DNA of 64,000 bases from a virus (Duplodnaviria > Caudoviricetes). The notes under the pieces were generated by a model. That model saw nothing but the letters and a program-made list of their open reading frames with translations, did not search any database and was not told the origin of the DNA. Each line of letters opens with the position of its first letter. Within the stretch, counting starts at the first letter, position 1. The stretch spans positions 1,441 to 65,440 of IMG/VR virus record IMGVR_UViG_3300042301_001596, one strand, 5' to 3'. Shown here one piece after another: positions 36,970 through 46,714 of the stretch. The translations under genes and the position numbers were made by a program.

Positions 36970-39900
36970 TTAACAAGATGTTTCGTTTGTTAATGTACCA
37001 TTACCTCCTGTGATTAACCAATTATTTACCCCATTAGAATAATAATTATCAGGTACAACAGTTGTTAGAGCGGAGTCTTGATAAACTACTACACTATTAG
37101 TTAATACTGAAGATGCTGAATAATAGTTTAAAGGTGTGCCTGCAAAATCAATACAAGCTAAAGCGCCGCTAGTTGAATCTACCCCTAGTGGAAAAGTATA
37201 AAAAGACAAAGTTGTTGTTGTTGTTGTTGGCGGCAAAGTAGTAGTAGTAGTACTCGTACTAGTAGTTGTTGTAGTTGGAACTGCAGTTGTAGTCGTAGTT
37301 GTTGGAGCCGCAGTTGTTGTTGTGGTTGTGCTTGTACTAGTCGTAGTAGTTGTGGTACTTGTTGTAGTACTAGTTGTTGTGGTTGTCGGAACCGCAGCTG
37401 CTGTTGTTGTAGTAGTTGTCGGAGCCGAAGTTGTAGTGGTCGTAGTAGTAGGTGTACATGACGAACAAGCACTCGTAACTGTTGCAACAGGGTTTCCATT
37501 AGTTACAGATACTGATACATATTGGCCTCCAAAAGACACATACCATGTACCTGTTGCTGCTGCTGCAAATATTGCGCCTGTGAATGTAGTACAATTACAG
37601 AAAATAGGACTATCACCTGTTACAGTTCCTGATGCTGCAAACCCACAAGCATCTTCAAAAGCTCCACCAAAACCAATTAAAAATGATAGTGTAGTAGTAG
37701 TTGTTGTTGTAGGCGCTAACGTAGTTGTTGTTGTCGTAGTTGGCCCAGCAGTTGTAGTTGTAGTTGTTGATGTAGTCGTTGTAGTCGGAGCAGCGGTTGT
37801 AGTTGTAGTTGTTGATGTAGTCGTTGTAGTCGGAGCAGCGGTTGTAGTTGTACTTGTTGTTGTTGTTGTTGTATTACATTGAACAAAATTACCTGCTATA
37901 ACATTAAGATTAAAATATACAGTCGTATTTGAGTTTATTGACGGAATTATTACAGGATTTGATTTACCACATAGTGATGCAAAATCTCCACTAGTATTAC
38001 CTAATCCATATTGAATGTCATTACCAGATGTATTAGTTATAGCAAGATAAGGTGTAGATCCTTGGCTAAATGTTTGTCCAGAATAAAGATCATAAAGCGG
38101 ATAGTTGCTAGTATTAAATGTAGATTGTTGCCATAATGTCCAATTTAATCCAAAATCTAAACTATACCATAATTGTATTAATTGTCCAGTATTAGAAAGT
38201 TCTGATATTCTCCAATCAACATCAAAGAAAAGATTTGATGTTGTTGTGGTAGTCGTAGGCGCAACCGTTGTTGTAGTAGTTGTGGTGCTAGTCGTAGTTG
38301 TAGTAGGCGCAATAGTGGTAGTTGTAGTTGTACTAGTAGTAGTTGGAGCAGACGTAGTAGTAGTTGTAGAAGGAGGTAAATACCTATTAATTTCCTCCAT
38401 TGCAATAATATACTTGTTTGTATTAGCATCAAATACACCATATATACAAGGATTACCAGAATATACAGCACCTGTTGCAGGTACACCATTATTCAAGTCT
38501 TGTCTATAAGCAGCCAGTGTTGCTACAAAAAAAGCATTTGTCTTGTTAGTAATGCTAATAGGAGTTATACCATCTTGAGCCAATCTACACACCACACCTC
38601 TAAAATTATCTACAAAGTAGTCAGCATAGTTGTTCCATGCAAGACTTGTAGCAGCATCACCAATACCATAATCACCAGCATAATACTGAATCTTATTAAT
38701 TAATTGATTACTATTAGCTTGTAATGGATTTCCAGTTACATCTTTTACAATTTGAGTTAAGATAGGTACATTACCAACTTTAAAATTCTGGTAAACCTTT
38801 AAGTATCTATCTCTAACATGCAATCTCAATACATCACCAAACGACCTATCATACTCATCAAAATCCTCGTAAATAAATCTATTTGTAGCATTAAGATTTG
38901 TATTTGATTGATATGCCTGACCAAATCTAATTAATGTAGGGAAATATGTTTTTGAAGCATTTTCATCTATTACAGAAGGCCTTCCGTTACTATTTGTAAT
39001 TAAATTATATGTATCGTTAAAGCTATTTTCAATAATTTCAATTTCAGAGCCTTTTAAAACCTGAAATTCAAATGTCATTGGTTGAACAAATATACTATTT
39101 GAACCAACTGCATCATTTGTAGATTTAGCTACAATATACACTTTACCTGTTTGAGGAACAGTGATTTGCTTATCAATAGTAAATGTGGTATCTACGTTTT
39201 GTTTTATATCATTTACTTCAATTGGAAGCAATGAAATAGTAAACTTAGGCGATAATGGAACTAAATTAGTACAAATAAGAGCATAAACAGAAAACTGTGA
39301 TGTACCATCTGATGCCATATTAAATGTTCCCTTTATAGAAACAGGTTGCTGTAAAGTTGTAGACTTGTTATAGAAAAAATATCCAATATCAGACCAAACC
39401 GGATAACTTGCTCCAGTTAAGGACACATTTACATTCGGTTGTGTTTGTATTCTATATGATGCATTATCAATAGCTGTATTAACAGTTATTGGAAATGATA
39501 CACTTCTTGATACAAAGGCACCGGACACTCCAATATTAAATTCTCCAGACCTGTATTCATATTTATCGCTATAAGGAACTCTTCTCAATCTATAGAACAA
39601 GTCACCATTATTAATAGCAAGAGTTGTTCCTCCGTTAGGAAGTTTTGTCAAACCATAGTGATACCTTGTTGGCAATCCCGCATCTCCAATTCCATACTGC
39701 TTACCAAACTCATAGAAAAATCTTTGAGTTGAAGAAGCATTGTTTGTATAATTGTACAATAATATTTCATAGTGTTGCCAATCTTCAGTTCCGGGAAATT
39801 GGAATGTACCATCAATATCACTATTTGGGTATCTTACTTTTAGAAAATTACCAACCGCTGTATTGGTATTATTGTTAGCTGTTGTAGTATATTCAATAGT

Positions 39901-41826
39901 AGAAAGCGTACCAACGATTTCATAGTCAAATTGACTGGTGATATTTTGAGGATTACCAGCAACATCATATCTCCTTATAAATTTAATTCTATCACCTTCT
40001 GTGTAATTGTAAGAAACAACATTTTGGGTTGAACTAATTTGGTCATTATATTCTTGGATATTACCAATACCTATGTAAACAAATTTTGTATTATCTATAC
40101 CATCAGGTAATGAAGTGTAAGCCGAATCACTTACCCAGCAAAGACGTTTATTGTAAGTTGTATTATTAGATCTAACAATCTGATAATAAGAAGCATATAA
40201 TGGAGGTCTATTTAAAATAGATAAATTAACCAATGGAAAATCATCTGAAAGAACTCTTGATGGAGTATTAATTATAGCATTTTTTGATGTTTGTGTACCA
40301 ATTGTTCTACCTTGTGCATCAAAGTATTGAATACCATATTGATAACCACCATTCCAAACATTTGCAAATCTTGTATTGTCATTATCTAATGCAGGTATTG
40401 TAGCAAAAGCTGTTGATGTCAATACAAAACCACCTGCATAAGTCATAGTTAGCTTATTACCAACTATTGGGCCATCTTGAGTATATCCCTCTGAAACCAT
40501 AGCAGCAGATATGCCAGCTAAAATATCACTTACTAAATAATTAGTAGTAAGTCCCGTAGTTGAATAAGATGTACTTAAATCAGTTCCGCTTGAACTAAAA
40601 GAATTAATAAAATAAGTACCTGCCGCATTATTCAATTCAATAACATTGCCATTTACATCATTTGTACCTGTACCATATAGATATATTTCCATTTTAGTAC
40701 CTGCGCCACTATCATTACCATTTACTGATGCAAAGAAAGATATACCACATTGGTCATAATTATAACTTGATGCAGTAGAATATGTAGTTGCTTCTAAGTT
40801 AACCTCTGTTTTATCATACCCTTCTAAAATACCTGCATATAATAATACGTTACCATTTGCAAGTTCTGCTGCATTGGCTCTTTGTGGAACCCAATCTTGC
40901 AACTGATCTGCTTCTATAACATCAATTTGAGTATATATAGAGTCATTATAAAACCTGAAATAATAAATATCATTATTATCTATTCCAAGAGTATCTTTAT
41001 CAAAAGACTTTATTAGGTACCAATCACTTGTCCCATTACTAAATGTTTCTCTAAAAGCAACTTCAATAGCTTTAACATCAGTATCTCCTGTTGAAAAGTT
41101 AATAGCAATTCTTGAATTGTAAGTATCACTTATGTCATTTGTAAGCGTTAATGATGGCTGTTGAGGCAAAGGAACTATGCTCTTTGAACTCCATACAGAC
41201 TTTTCATTATTATCATAAACGTATCTATAACAAAATTGAAATAATTTGTTTCTTAAATTATTAATAGTAATTGTAGTATCGTTCTCGTAAGTAACTTGAG
41301 GCGGCATTACTGGAGGAGCTTTTGCTACAAGCAAATATTCCGCTACCCAGTCAGTTCCATATAGATTGTTTACATTTAGTACCCTAGGAGGATTATATCC
41401 ATCATTAAAGAATAATAAATCACCTTCTAAATCCCTATAAAATATATTAATTGATAAAACCTTGTAAGAAGGGTTGAAATTTAAAATATCAACACCATTA
41501 CTATTTGTCTTACTTTGAAGAACGGTTGTTATAGACTGTGTATTTAAGTCATAATAAGCGATGGTATGGAAACCATCACTATTCCAGATAAAATAATAAG
41601 CCCTGTTCCTTACCTTATCTCCATAAAATCCAATAACCTTACTTACTCCACTAGGCAAGCTGTAGTTTATTAAAGTATTTCCTAAAATATTAGAAACAAC
41701 TTTATCCTGACCACGACCTTGTGCGTCTTTTGTGACGTTCAATGCATCTACATAATCATTATTACTAATTCTGTATTCTGCATCATCTAGGTTTAATTTA
41801 CCACTAAAGGGAGTATTTATTATCAT
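36970..41826 (-). CDS. tail stabilisation/muzzle protein with mucin-like C-terminal extension
   Basis: KLNLDD..YVDALN, FFNDGYNPPR, FQFCYRYVYD, YAGDYGIG, DxxRGVVCRL motifs; poly-Thr tracts after about residue 1150. Confidence 0.8.
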   Translation of the reverse strand: MIINTPFSGKLNLDDAEYRISNNDYVDALNVTKDAQGRGQDKVVSNILGNTLINYSLPSGVSKVIGFYGDKVRNRAYYFIWNSDGFHTIAYYDLNTQSITTVLQSKTNSNGVDILNFNPSYKVLSINIFYRDLEGDLLFFNDGYNPPRVLNVNNLYGTDWVAEYLLVAKAPPVMPPQVTYENDTTITINNLRNKLFQFCYRYVYDNNEKSVWSSKSIVPLPQQPSLTLTNDISDTYNSRIAINFSTGDTDVKAIEVAFRETFSNGTSDWYLIKSFDKDTLGIDNNDIYYFRFYNDSIYTQIDVIEADQLQDWVPQRANAAELANGNVLLYAGILEGYDKTEVNLEATTYSTASSYNYDQCGISFFASVNGNDSGAGTKMEIYLYGTGTNDVNGNVIELNNAAGTYFINSFSSSGTDLSTSYSTTGLTTNYLVSDILAGISAAMVSEGYTQDGPIVGNKLTMTYAGGFVLTSTAFATIPALDNDNTRFANVWNGGYQYGIQYFDAQGRTIGTQTSKNAIINTPSRVLSDDFPLVNLSILNRPPLYASYYQIVRSNNTTYNKRLCWVSDSAYTSLPDGIDNTKFVYIGIGNIQEYNDQISSTQNVVSYNYTEGDRIKFIRRYDVAGNPQNITSQFDYEIVGTLSTIEYTTTANNNTNTAVGNFLKVRYPNSDIDGTFQFPGTEDWQHYEILLYNYTNNASSTQRFFYEFGKQYGIGDAGLPTRYHYGLTKLPNGGTTLAINNGDLFYRLRRVPYSDKYEYRSGEFNIGVSGAFVSRSVSFPITVNTAIDNASYRIQTQPNVNVSLTGASYPVWSDIGYFFYNKSTTLQQPVSIKGTFNMASDGTSQFSVYALICTNLVPLSPKFTISLLPIEVNDIKQNVDTTFTIDKQITVPQTGKVYIVAKSTNDAVGSNSIFVQPMTFEFQVLKGSEIEIIENSFNDTYNLITNSNGRPSVIDENASKTYFPTLIRFGQAYQSNTNLNATNRFIYEDFDEYDRSFGDVLRLHVRDRYLKVYQNFKVGNVPILTQIVKDVTGNPLQANSNQLINKIQYYAGDYGIGDAATSLAWNNYADYFVDNFRGVVCRLAQDGITPISITNKTNAFFVATLAAYRQDLNNGVPATGAVYSGNPCIYGVFDANTNKYIIAMEEINRYLPPSTTTTTSAPTTTSTTTTTTIAPTTTTTSTTTTTTTVAPTTTTTTSNLFFDVDWRISELSNTGQLIQLWYSLDFGLNWTLWQQSTFNTSNYPLYDLYSGQTFSQGSTPYLAITNTSGNDIQYGLGNTSGDFASLCGKSNPVIIPSINSNTTVYFNLNVIAGNFVQCNTTTTTTSTTTTAAPTTTTTSTTTTTTAAPTTTTTSTTTTTTAGPTTTTTTTLAPTTTTTTTLSFLIGFGGAFEDACGFAASGTVTGDSPIFCNCTTFTGAIFAAAATGTWYVSFGGQYVSVSVTNGNPVATVTSACSSCTPTTTTTTTSAPTTTTTTAAAVPTTTTTSTTTSTTTTTTSTSTTTTTTAAPTTTTTTAVPTTTTTSTSTTTTTLPPTTTTTTLSFYTFPLGVDSTSGALACIDFAGTPLNYYSASSVLTNSVVVYQDSALTTVVPDNYYSNGVNNWLITGGNGTLTNETSC
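37751..37840. repeat. exact 45-bp tandem duplication within a poly-Thr tract
   Basis: GTTGTAGTTGTAGTTGTTGATGTAGTCGTTGTAGTCGGAGCAGCG at 37751-37795 and 37796-37840. Confidence 0.9.
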
Positions 41827-41829
41827 ATC

Positions 41830-42600
41830 TTATGCCTTAACAGTCATTCTTTGTGTATCTAAATTCAATTCATATCCTTGCATTAAGTATAAAGGTTTAA
41901 ATTGAGCGTTAGCTATTCTTCTTTGATTATAAAATTCCTGCTTTCTATCTCTCTTATCACCTAAATTACCTCTTCTAGTAGATGGCATAGATGCTATATC
42001 TCTCCAAGAAATCCATGCAAGCAAAGCTTCTCTAAATTGAATAGGTATAGAAAACGTTTCTTCTGGATTTCCGCTAGATAGATATTCTATCATTAAATAA
42101 GAATAATAAAAATACTGATTTAAAAGAACAACACCATTTGAATCATCAATGTTAAATTGACCTACAAATGGAGAACCACTTGGCAATCCGTAAATATTTT
42201 GGAAACCATAGCCGTCCCAGTAATTAAACCATAATGGCAAGTCTGTCTGATACCATGTTGCCAAAGTATCATCTTGAGTCAAAGCCAATCTGTTTGGCTG
42301 TTGATCCCCGTAAAATGTCATTTTACTATTAAACTTTAAAGGAATAATTTCCCCAACTGAATTTAATACACCTATTTTAGTATAGCTTATATAATCATTA
42401 GGTAATTGTGCAGTATAATTGGTTGTGTCAACTGGAACCTTAACTGTTCTTATTTTATAAAAAAAGTCAAGCCCTAGTTTTTCCATACCTCTAACAGCTA
42501 TATTATATAATTTAGCATATTTGTGTACTGACTGTTCACTTTCATCAATGTAATCATTGATAACTGAATCTAATGTTATGTAATTTCTTACTTGGGACAT
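41830..42600 (-). CDS. tail ring / tubular protein
   Basis: YITLDSVINDY...LPNDYISYTKI...IEYLSSG...EALLAWI, crAss-like ring protein pattern; synteny. Confidence 0.7.
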   Translation of the reverse strand: MSQVRNYITLDSVINDYIDESEQSVHKYAKLYNIAVRGMEKLGLDFFYKIRTVKVPVDTTNYTAQLPNDYISYTKIGVLNSVGEIIPLKFNSKMTFYGDQQPNRLALTQDDTLATWYQTDLPLWFNYWDGYGFQNIYGLPSGSPFVGQFNIDDSNGVVLLNQYFYYSYLMIEYLSSGNPEETFSIPIQFREALLAWISWRDIASMPSTRRGNLGDKRDRKQEFYNQRRIANAQFKPLYLMQGYELNLDTQRMTVKA

Positions 42601-42602
42601 TT

Positions 42603-42875
42603 TTAATTATTTGAAAAATAAGCTAATATATCGTTATGACGAATCAAAAAATGCAATTCATTATTTACAACAACAGGCTCTCCTGCTCCCTTAATATGGA
42701 AAATGCAATCATCTTTTTTGGCTTCCATTTTTACTTTAGCAGTTCCGCGACCTACAGAAATTACTTTTGCTTTGCTACTTCTTTCCCTAAATCCTTCAGG
42801 GATAAATAATCCGCCTTCTGTAATTTCATCAGCCATAAATGGTTTCACTAAAACAAAATCTCTAATTGGTTTCAT
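42603..42875 (-). CDS. groES: co-chaperonin GroES
   Basis: MKPIRDFVLVK...TEGGLFIP...VISVGRG...IRHNDILA. Confidence 0.85.
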   Translation of the reverse strand: MKPIRDFVLVKPFMADEITEGGLFIPEGFRERSSKAKVISVGRGTAKVKMEAKKDDCIFHIKGAGEPVVVNNELHFLIRHNDILAYFSNN

Positions 42876-42887
42876 TGGTTGTTATTT

Positions 42888-43520
42888 TTAGTTATTATTA
42901 TCTACTCCATCATTACTTTGGTCTATAGGCCTTGACTTTTCAAAAACCAATTGACCTTTAATATACTCTATTACTACTGGCATATAATCATCAGGAATAA
43001 TTAATGTTGAATCCAAATCTGTTGAATTACCACCACTAACCATTCTAATTGTTGCTTTATATGATGTCAAAGGTATTGAGCTTTTTACATAAATGTTTTT
43101 ACCTTCAACCCAATATGCTATTTTATTCTGAATAGGTCTTAACTGCTCTTGATAAGCAATCTGATTCATGCTTAATGGAATTGCTGTTTGAGATGTTTTT
43201 TTATCCCCTACAAATTGTAATGTAGCAACTCCTTCGTTTTTACCTAATGCAACGGGTATTGATGGTAAATCAACCCTGTAAGTTACATTATCTACGGTTT
43301 CAGCTTCTATATCTAAATTCTTAAAAGTAGTATAGAATGAATTATTGATATAAGATATACCATCTATCTGTATATTATCAGTATAATTTTTTCTTGCAGC
43401 TGCCCCAATAGCATCATTTAACCATTGGTTAACTAATCCATATGTGATATTAGAATCATCAGACGGCTGCCCGTTATATATTTGCCTTAATATTCTTTCT
43501 ATTAATTGATACCTAGTCAT
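42888..43520 (-). CDS. tail ring protein
   Basis: 210 aa; synteny; C-terminal IPDDY...DxSND pattern. Confidence 0.65.
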   Translation of the reverse strand: MTRYQLIERILRQIYNGQPSDDSNITYGLVNQWLNDAIGAAARKNYTDNIQIDGISYINNSFYTTFKNLDIEAETVDNVTYRVDLPSIPVALGKNEGVATLQFVGDKKTSQTAIPLSMNQIAYQEQLRPIQNKIAYWVEGKNIYVKSSIPLTSYKATIRMVSGGNSTDLDSTLIIPDDYMPVVIEYIKGQLVFEKSRPIDQSNDGVDNNN

Positions 43521-44188
43521 TATTGTCCAGTTTGGTTTATTTGATTAGCATATTGCATCACCGCTCCGTCTTGTAAATTTAATCCAATTAACTTTAATGC
43601 ACGAGTAATAATTTCAAGAATATCTATTTCAGCCCAAACAGGCTGTACGCTTGCGCCAGAATTATAAACAGGTCTACCGCTTACTGTAGTAAATGCCCAA
43701 ACAATAGCCGGGGCAGATTTTACATAAGACAAAACAGCCGTACCTAATGTTTTAGGGTAAAACTGAAATTGATTATTTTCTAACAAGTATATTGGATTAT
43801 CCGCAATTGGATCAATTTGACTATTGTAATAAGAATACAATTTATCTTGAGAAACAAATCTTATTCTGTGCAATCCGTCAGACTTCCACATAGCATCAAC
43901 TTGCAAAAAATCAGCTGGTGCTGGAGCAACTCCAGTTCCACTATTTATAGTCAAAGTAGATTCTGCAATCAAAGGGGTTAACCTTTGTCTAGTGTTTTCA
44001 TTTTGACTATAATTTATTCTAGCTTGAGGCCTTCCGTATTGATATTGCTGAAATTCACCCAATAGATAATCTTGATATGAAATCTGCGCTTGATTTATAG
44101 TCAGATTAAACTCTGCCGGAGTTAAATAGCCATTCTGCGCCTTATTAACCGCATACTGGCAAATACGATATACATCATTAACATTCAT
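43520..44188 (-). CDS. head-tail adaptor / ring protein
   Basis: NVNDVY...NKAQNGYLTPAEFNxxINQAQ, crAss-like ring protein motif. Confidence 0.75.
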   Translation of the reverse strand: MNVNDVYRICQYAVNKAQNGYLTPAEFNLTINQAQISYQDYLLGEFQQYQYGRPQARINYSQNENTRQRLTPLIAESTLTINSGTGVAPAPADFLQVDAMWKSDGLHRIRFVSQDKLYSYYNSQIDPIADNPIYLLENNQFQFYPKTLGTAVLSYVKSAPAIVWAFTTVSGRPVYNSGASVQPVWAEIDILEIITRALKLIGLNLQDGAVMQYANQINQTGQ

Positions 44189-44228
44189 TGAAATAAGTTA
44201 TACAACAAATATACGAAAAAGTAATAAA

Positions 44229-44263
44229 AAAGCCCCGTAATTTTTAGGTTACGAGGGCTTCTT
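44229..44263 (-). terminator. rho-independent terminator
   Basis: AAGCCC-CGTAA...TTACG-AGGGCTT stem with adjacent A-run (U-tail on -). Confidence 0.7.
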
Positions 44264-44281
44264 ATATTTGGAGGGAAAGTA

Positions 44282-45172
44282 TTAAACTAGCTTCTTTAAT
44301 TGCTCTAAAAATGCCTTACTTTCATCTTGAGGGTACATTGCAAATTCAACCAAGTAATTTTGCGGTTTTTTATCTGAAGGTATTTTGCAGATAAATCCAC
44401 CATCACCTGACCAATAAGCAGAACCTTTCTTAGTAGTAGTATCTATTTTATTGTCAATTAATGCTTTTTTAACAATGTAAGCTATTTCAACTTCTTTAGA
44501 ACCAGCGCTTTGCATAAACTTATTAGGTTGCGCCTCAGCGTAAAGCTCATAGTCGTTTCTTAATGCTTCCAATGATTTAGGCATACCTAATTCATCTACA
44601 AATGAAATTCCAAGATAATTACAGTGCTTACGCATTTCTTCGTCAGAAGCTAATGAAGCATATTTAATAGCTTCAACTTTAGCAACTCTCTTAGCGCGTT
44701 CAAGTTCTGCTGTTCTTTGAGGATTCCATTGGAAAAATGTAACTTTTCTTGTTCCTTTTCTATTTTGGTTATCAAGGTTTGCATTACATAGACTTAAAAA
44801 CTCAAGAGCTTCTACATCATATTCTGCTACTCTTAAAACCCTTCTATCAAAGATTAAACTTCTTCTATTTTGCTCTACGAATGATTTTTCTAGACCTTTT
44901 TGATCCTCAACCCAAATGCTTGGATAGCCTCTCAAAAGTCTAATTCTCTCCATTCTACCCTTCTTTTCATTCCAAACATCATCAATACCTTCCATGTGGT
45001 ATTTACCATTTTTTTTGGTATCTGATAATTTGAAAATTTTAAAAGTATTACCGGTAGCTACGGGAGCATCATTAAGTGCTGCTGTAGATTCTTCGTATTG
45101 TCTTGATTGTACTGCTTCACTTTGTTGTGAAAAATTGGCTTCTTGTATGCCAACTGCCTTTAAACGAGCCAT
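44282..45172 (-). CDS. conserved crAss-like protein downstream of capsid gene
   Basis: RIRL...SIWVEDQ pattern; synteny after MCP. Confidence 0.65.
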   Translation of the reverse strand: MARLKAVGIQEANFSQQSEAVQSRQYEESTAALNDAPVATGNTFKIFKLSDTKKNGKYHMEGIDDVWNEKKGRMERIRLLRGYPSIWVEDQKGLEKSFVEQNRRSLIFDRRVLRVAEYDVEALEFLSLCNANLDNQNRKGTRKVTFFQWNPQRTAELERAKRVAKVEAIKYASLASDEEMRKHCNYLGISFVDELGMPKSLEALRNDYELYAEAQPNKFMQSAGSKEVEIAYIVKKALIDNKIDTTTKKGSAYWSGDGGFICKIPSDKKPQNYLVEFAMYPQDESKAFLEQLKKLV

Positions 45173-45198
45173 AAAATGGTTTTTATATGTTTAAAATA

Positions 45199-45229
45199 GG
45201 TAGCGACAATCAATAAAGTTGTCGCTACC
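45199..45229 (-). terminator. hairpin downstream of major capsid gene
   Basis: GGTAGCGACAA-9nt-TTGTCGCTACC perfect 11-bp stem. Confidence 0.75.
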
Positions 45230-45253
45230 CGATTAATTAAAGGTAATTAAAAA

Positions 45254-46666
45254 TTAGTTACCTTGAAGGATGATAAACTGATTTGCTGCACAAACGCGAG
45301 TACCACGATAAGTGATCATTGCGATTTGATTAGTCATTGTACCATCTGTTGGATTAGGAGATCCACCACCAAATTGCCATACACGAATACCGTTACCAAC
45401 AGTACCGCCCACAGGAGGCTGCTGATACATGATAGTAATGTTCTTGTAAGCTTGAGCAGTTTTTGCATCCTTAGTTTCACCCATTGGATAGATTAGACCG
45501 AAATTACGGAAGTAATCTACGTTAGGAGTTAAACCAGTTGTAACCTCAGTGTTGAATTGAGAGTACTTCTTAACAGATAATAAGTAACCGTCAATGAAGA
45601 TTTCTTGGAAGCCATAAGCAACAGAAGCCTCTTTTGACTTTTCGCCTTGACCATAAACGAAAGCACCAGCAGGGTATGCAGAGAAGATACCATCACTGAA
45701 GTCTTGTCTTTGGAAGATATCACACAACCAAGCAGATTGCTTAGCGCAACCATTAACGTCCATGATACGAGTAATCTCATGAAGTTTAGCGATATCAAGT
45801 GTACCCGGAGTGTAACCAACAGTTTCACCGTCAGCAACTACTTTAGGGATGATACCAACAGAACCTTGAGAATTAGAATCAATAGCGTTATTGTTTTGTA
45901 AGTTACCACGCATTAATTTAGCTTCTACGTTGTTTTTGAAACGCACAAGTGTTTTGTACATACCTTTGTATGTAAATGCAGTAGCACCGTTTGCAGCCAT
46001 ATCAGGAGATACAGGGAACTCATAATATGTTTCAGCCATTTGTGCTAAGTCGGTATTGCTCCAACCATCACGAATTTCTGTTACATAGTTATCATATCTT
46101 TGATCCAATTGGATTAAAGGATTGATTTGAGTTGAAGCTTCACCAGCATCAGCGTCACCGCCAAATAATAAAACTTCACCAGCAAGTAATGAGTTAACAC
46201 CAGCTGAAGCAAAACGCTGACCAGTTTGCTTAGGAGCAACTTCAAATGTGAAAGCATAAGGAGTTGTATCATCAATTGAGATAATAACACCTTCTACGTT
46301 TGAAGAAGCAACACGCAATGTTTCTTTTAATCTAAGTGGAGATTGAGTACCATTGTTGTAGTACGCTTCTTGACCAAGAGTTAAAGTTAAAGTTGCGCCA
46401 ACACCTGCTGCTACAGTTGATTCGTTTGTAACACCCGGCATTAATTTACCGCGGTTTTCAAACCAGAAGTAGTTTAAGTTTTTAACTTCTTCCATGCCGC
46501 TATGAGCTGCTAACCACCAAGTAAAATCTTCGTTACCGTACTTTTGAGTGTACTGCTTGTAGTACTGTGGGGTTAATAATTGTAAGTCAACCATCAGTTG
46601 ACGATTCTGGGACTGGAGTGATATTGCACCCGGTTGCAGAATATTAGAGGTAGGTATTCCTGCCAT
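45254..46666 (-). CDS. major capsid protein (crAss-like HK97 fold)
   Basis: 470 aa, KYGN, FWFENRG, YGFQEI motifs; portal-scaffold-MCP synteny. Confidence 0.85.
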   Translation of the reverse strand: MAGIPTSNILQPGAISLQSQNRQLMVDLQLLTPQYYKQYTQKYGNEDFTWWLAAHSGMEEVKNLNYFWFENRGKLMPGVTNESTVAAGVGATLTLTLGQEAYYNNGTQSPLRLKETLRVASSNVEGVIISIDDTTPYAFTFEVAPKQTGQRFASAGVNSLLAGEVLLFGGDADAGEASTQINPLIQLDQRYDNYVTEIRDGWSNTDLAQMAETYYEFPVSPDMAANGATAFTYKGMYKTLVRFKNNVEAKLMRGNLQNNNAIDSNSQGSVGIIPKVVADGETVGYTPGTLDIAKLHEITRIMDVNGCAKQSAWLCDIFQRQDFSDGIFSAYPAGAFVYGQGEKSKEASVAYGFQEIFIDGYLLSVKKYSQFNTEVTTGLTPNVDYFRNFGLIYPMGETKDAKTAQAYKNITIMYQQPPVGGTVGNGIRVWQFGGGSPNPTDGTMTNQIAMITYRGTRVCAANQFIILQGN

Positions 46667-46714
46667 AATATTTAGTTTTTAATCTTAACACCTTCTCCAA
46701 GGGTAATATTTAAG

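Noticed and set aside
36952-36972. Stop-codon readthrough or alternative genetic code joining the two muzzle ORFs
   Set aside because: Two in-frame TAA stops intervene, and long genes are intact under the standard code, so there is no sign of the TAG/TGA recoding seen in some crAss-like phages
37185-38509. Poly-Val and poly-Leu/Gln ORFs over the muzzle extension
   Set aside because: Shadows of ACN (Thr) codon runs
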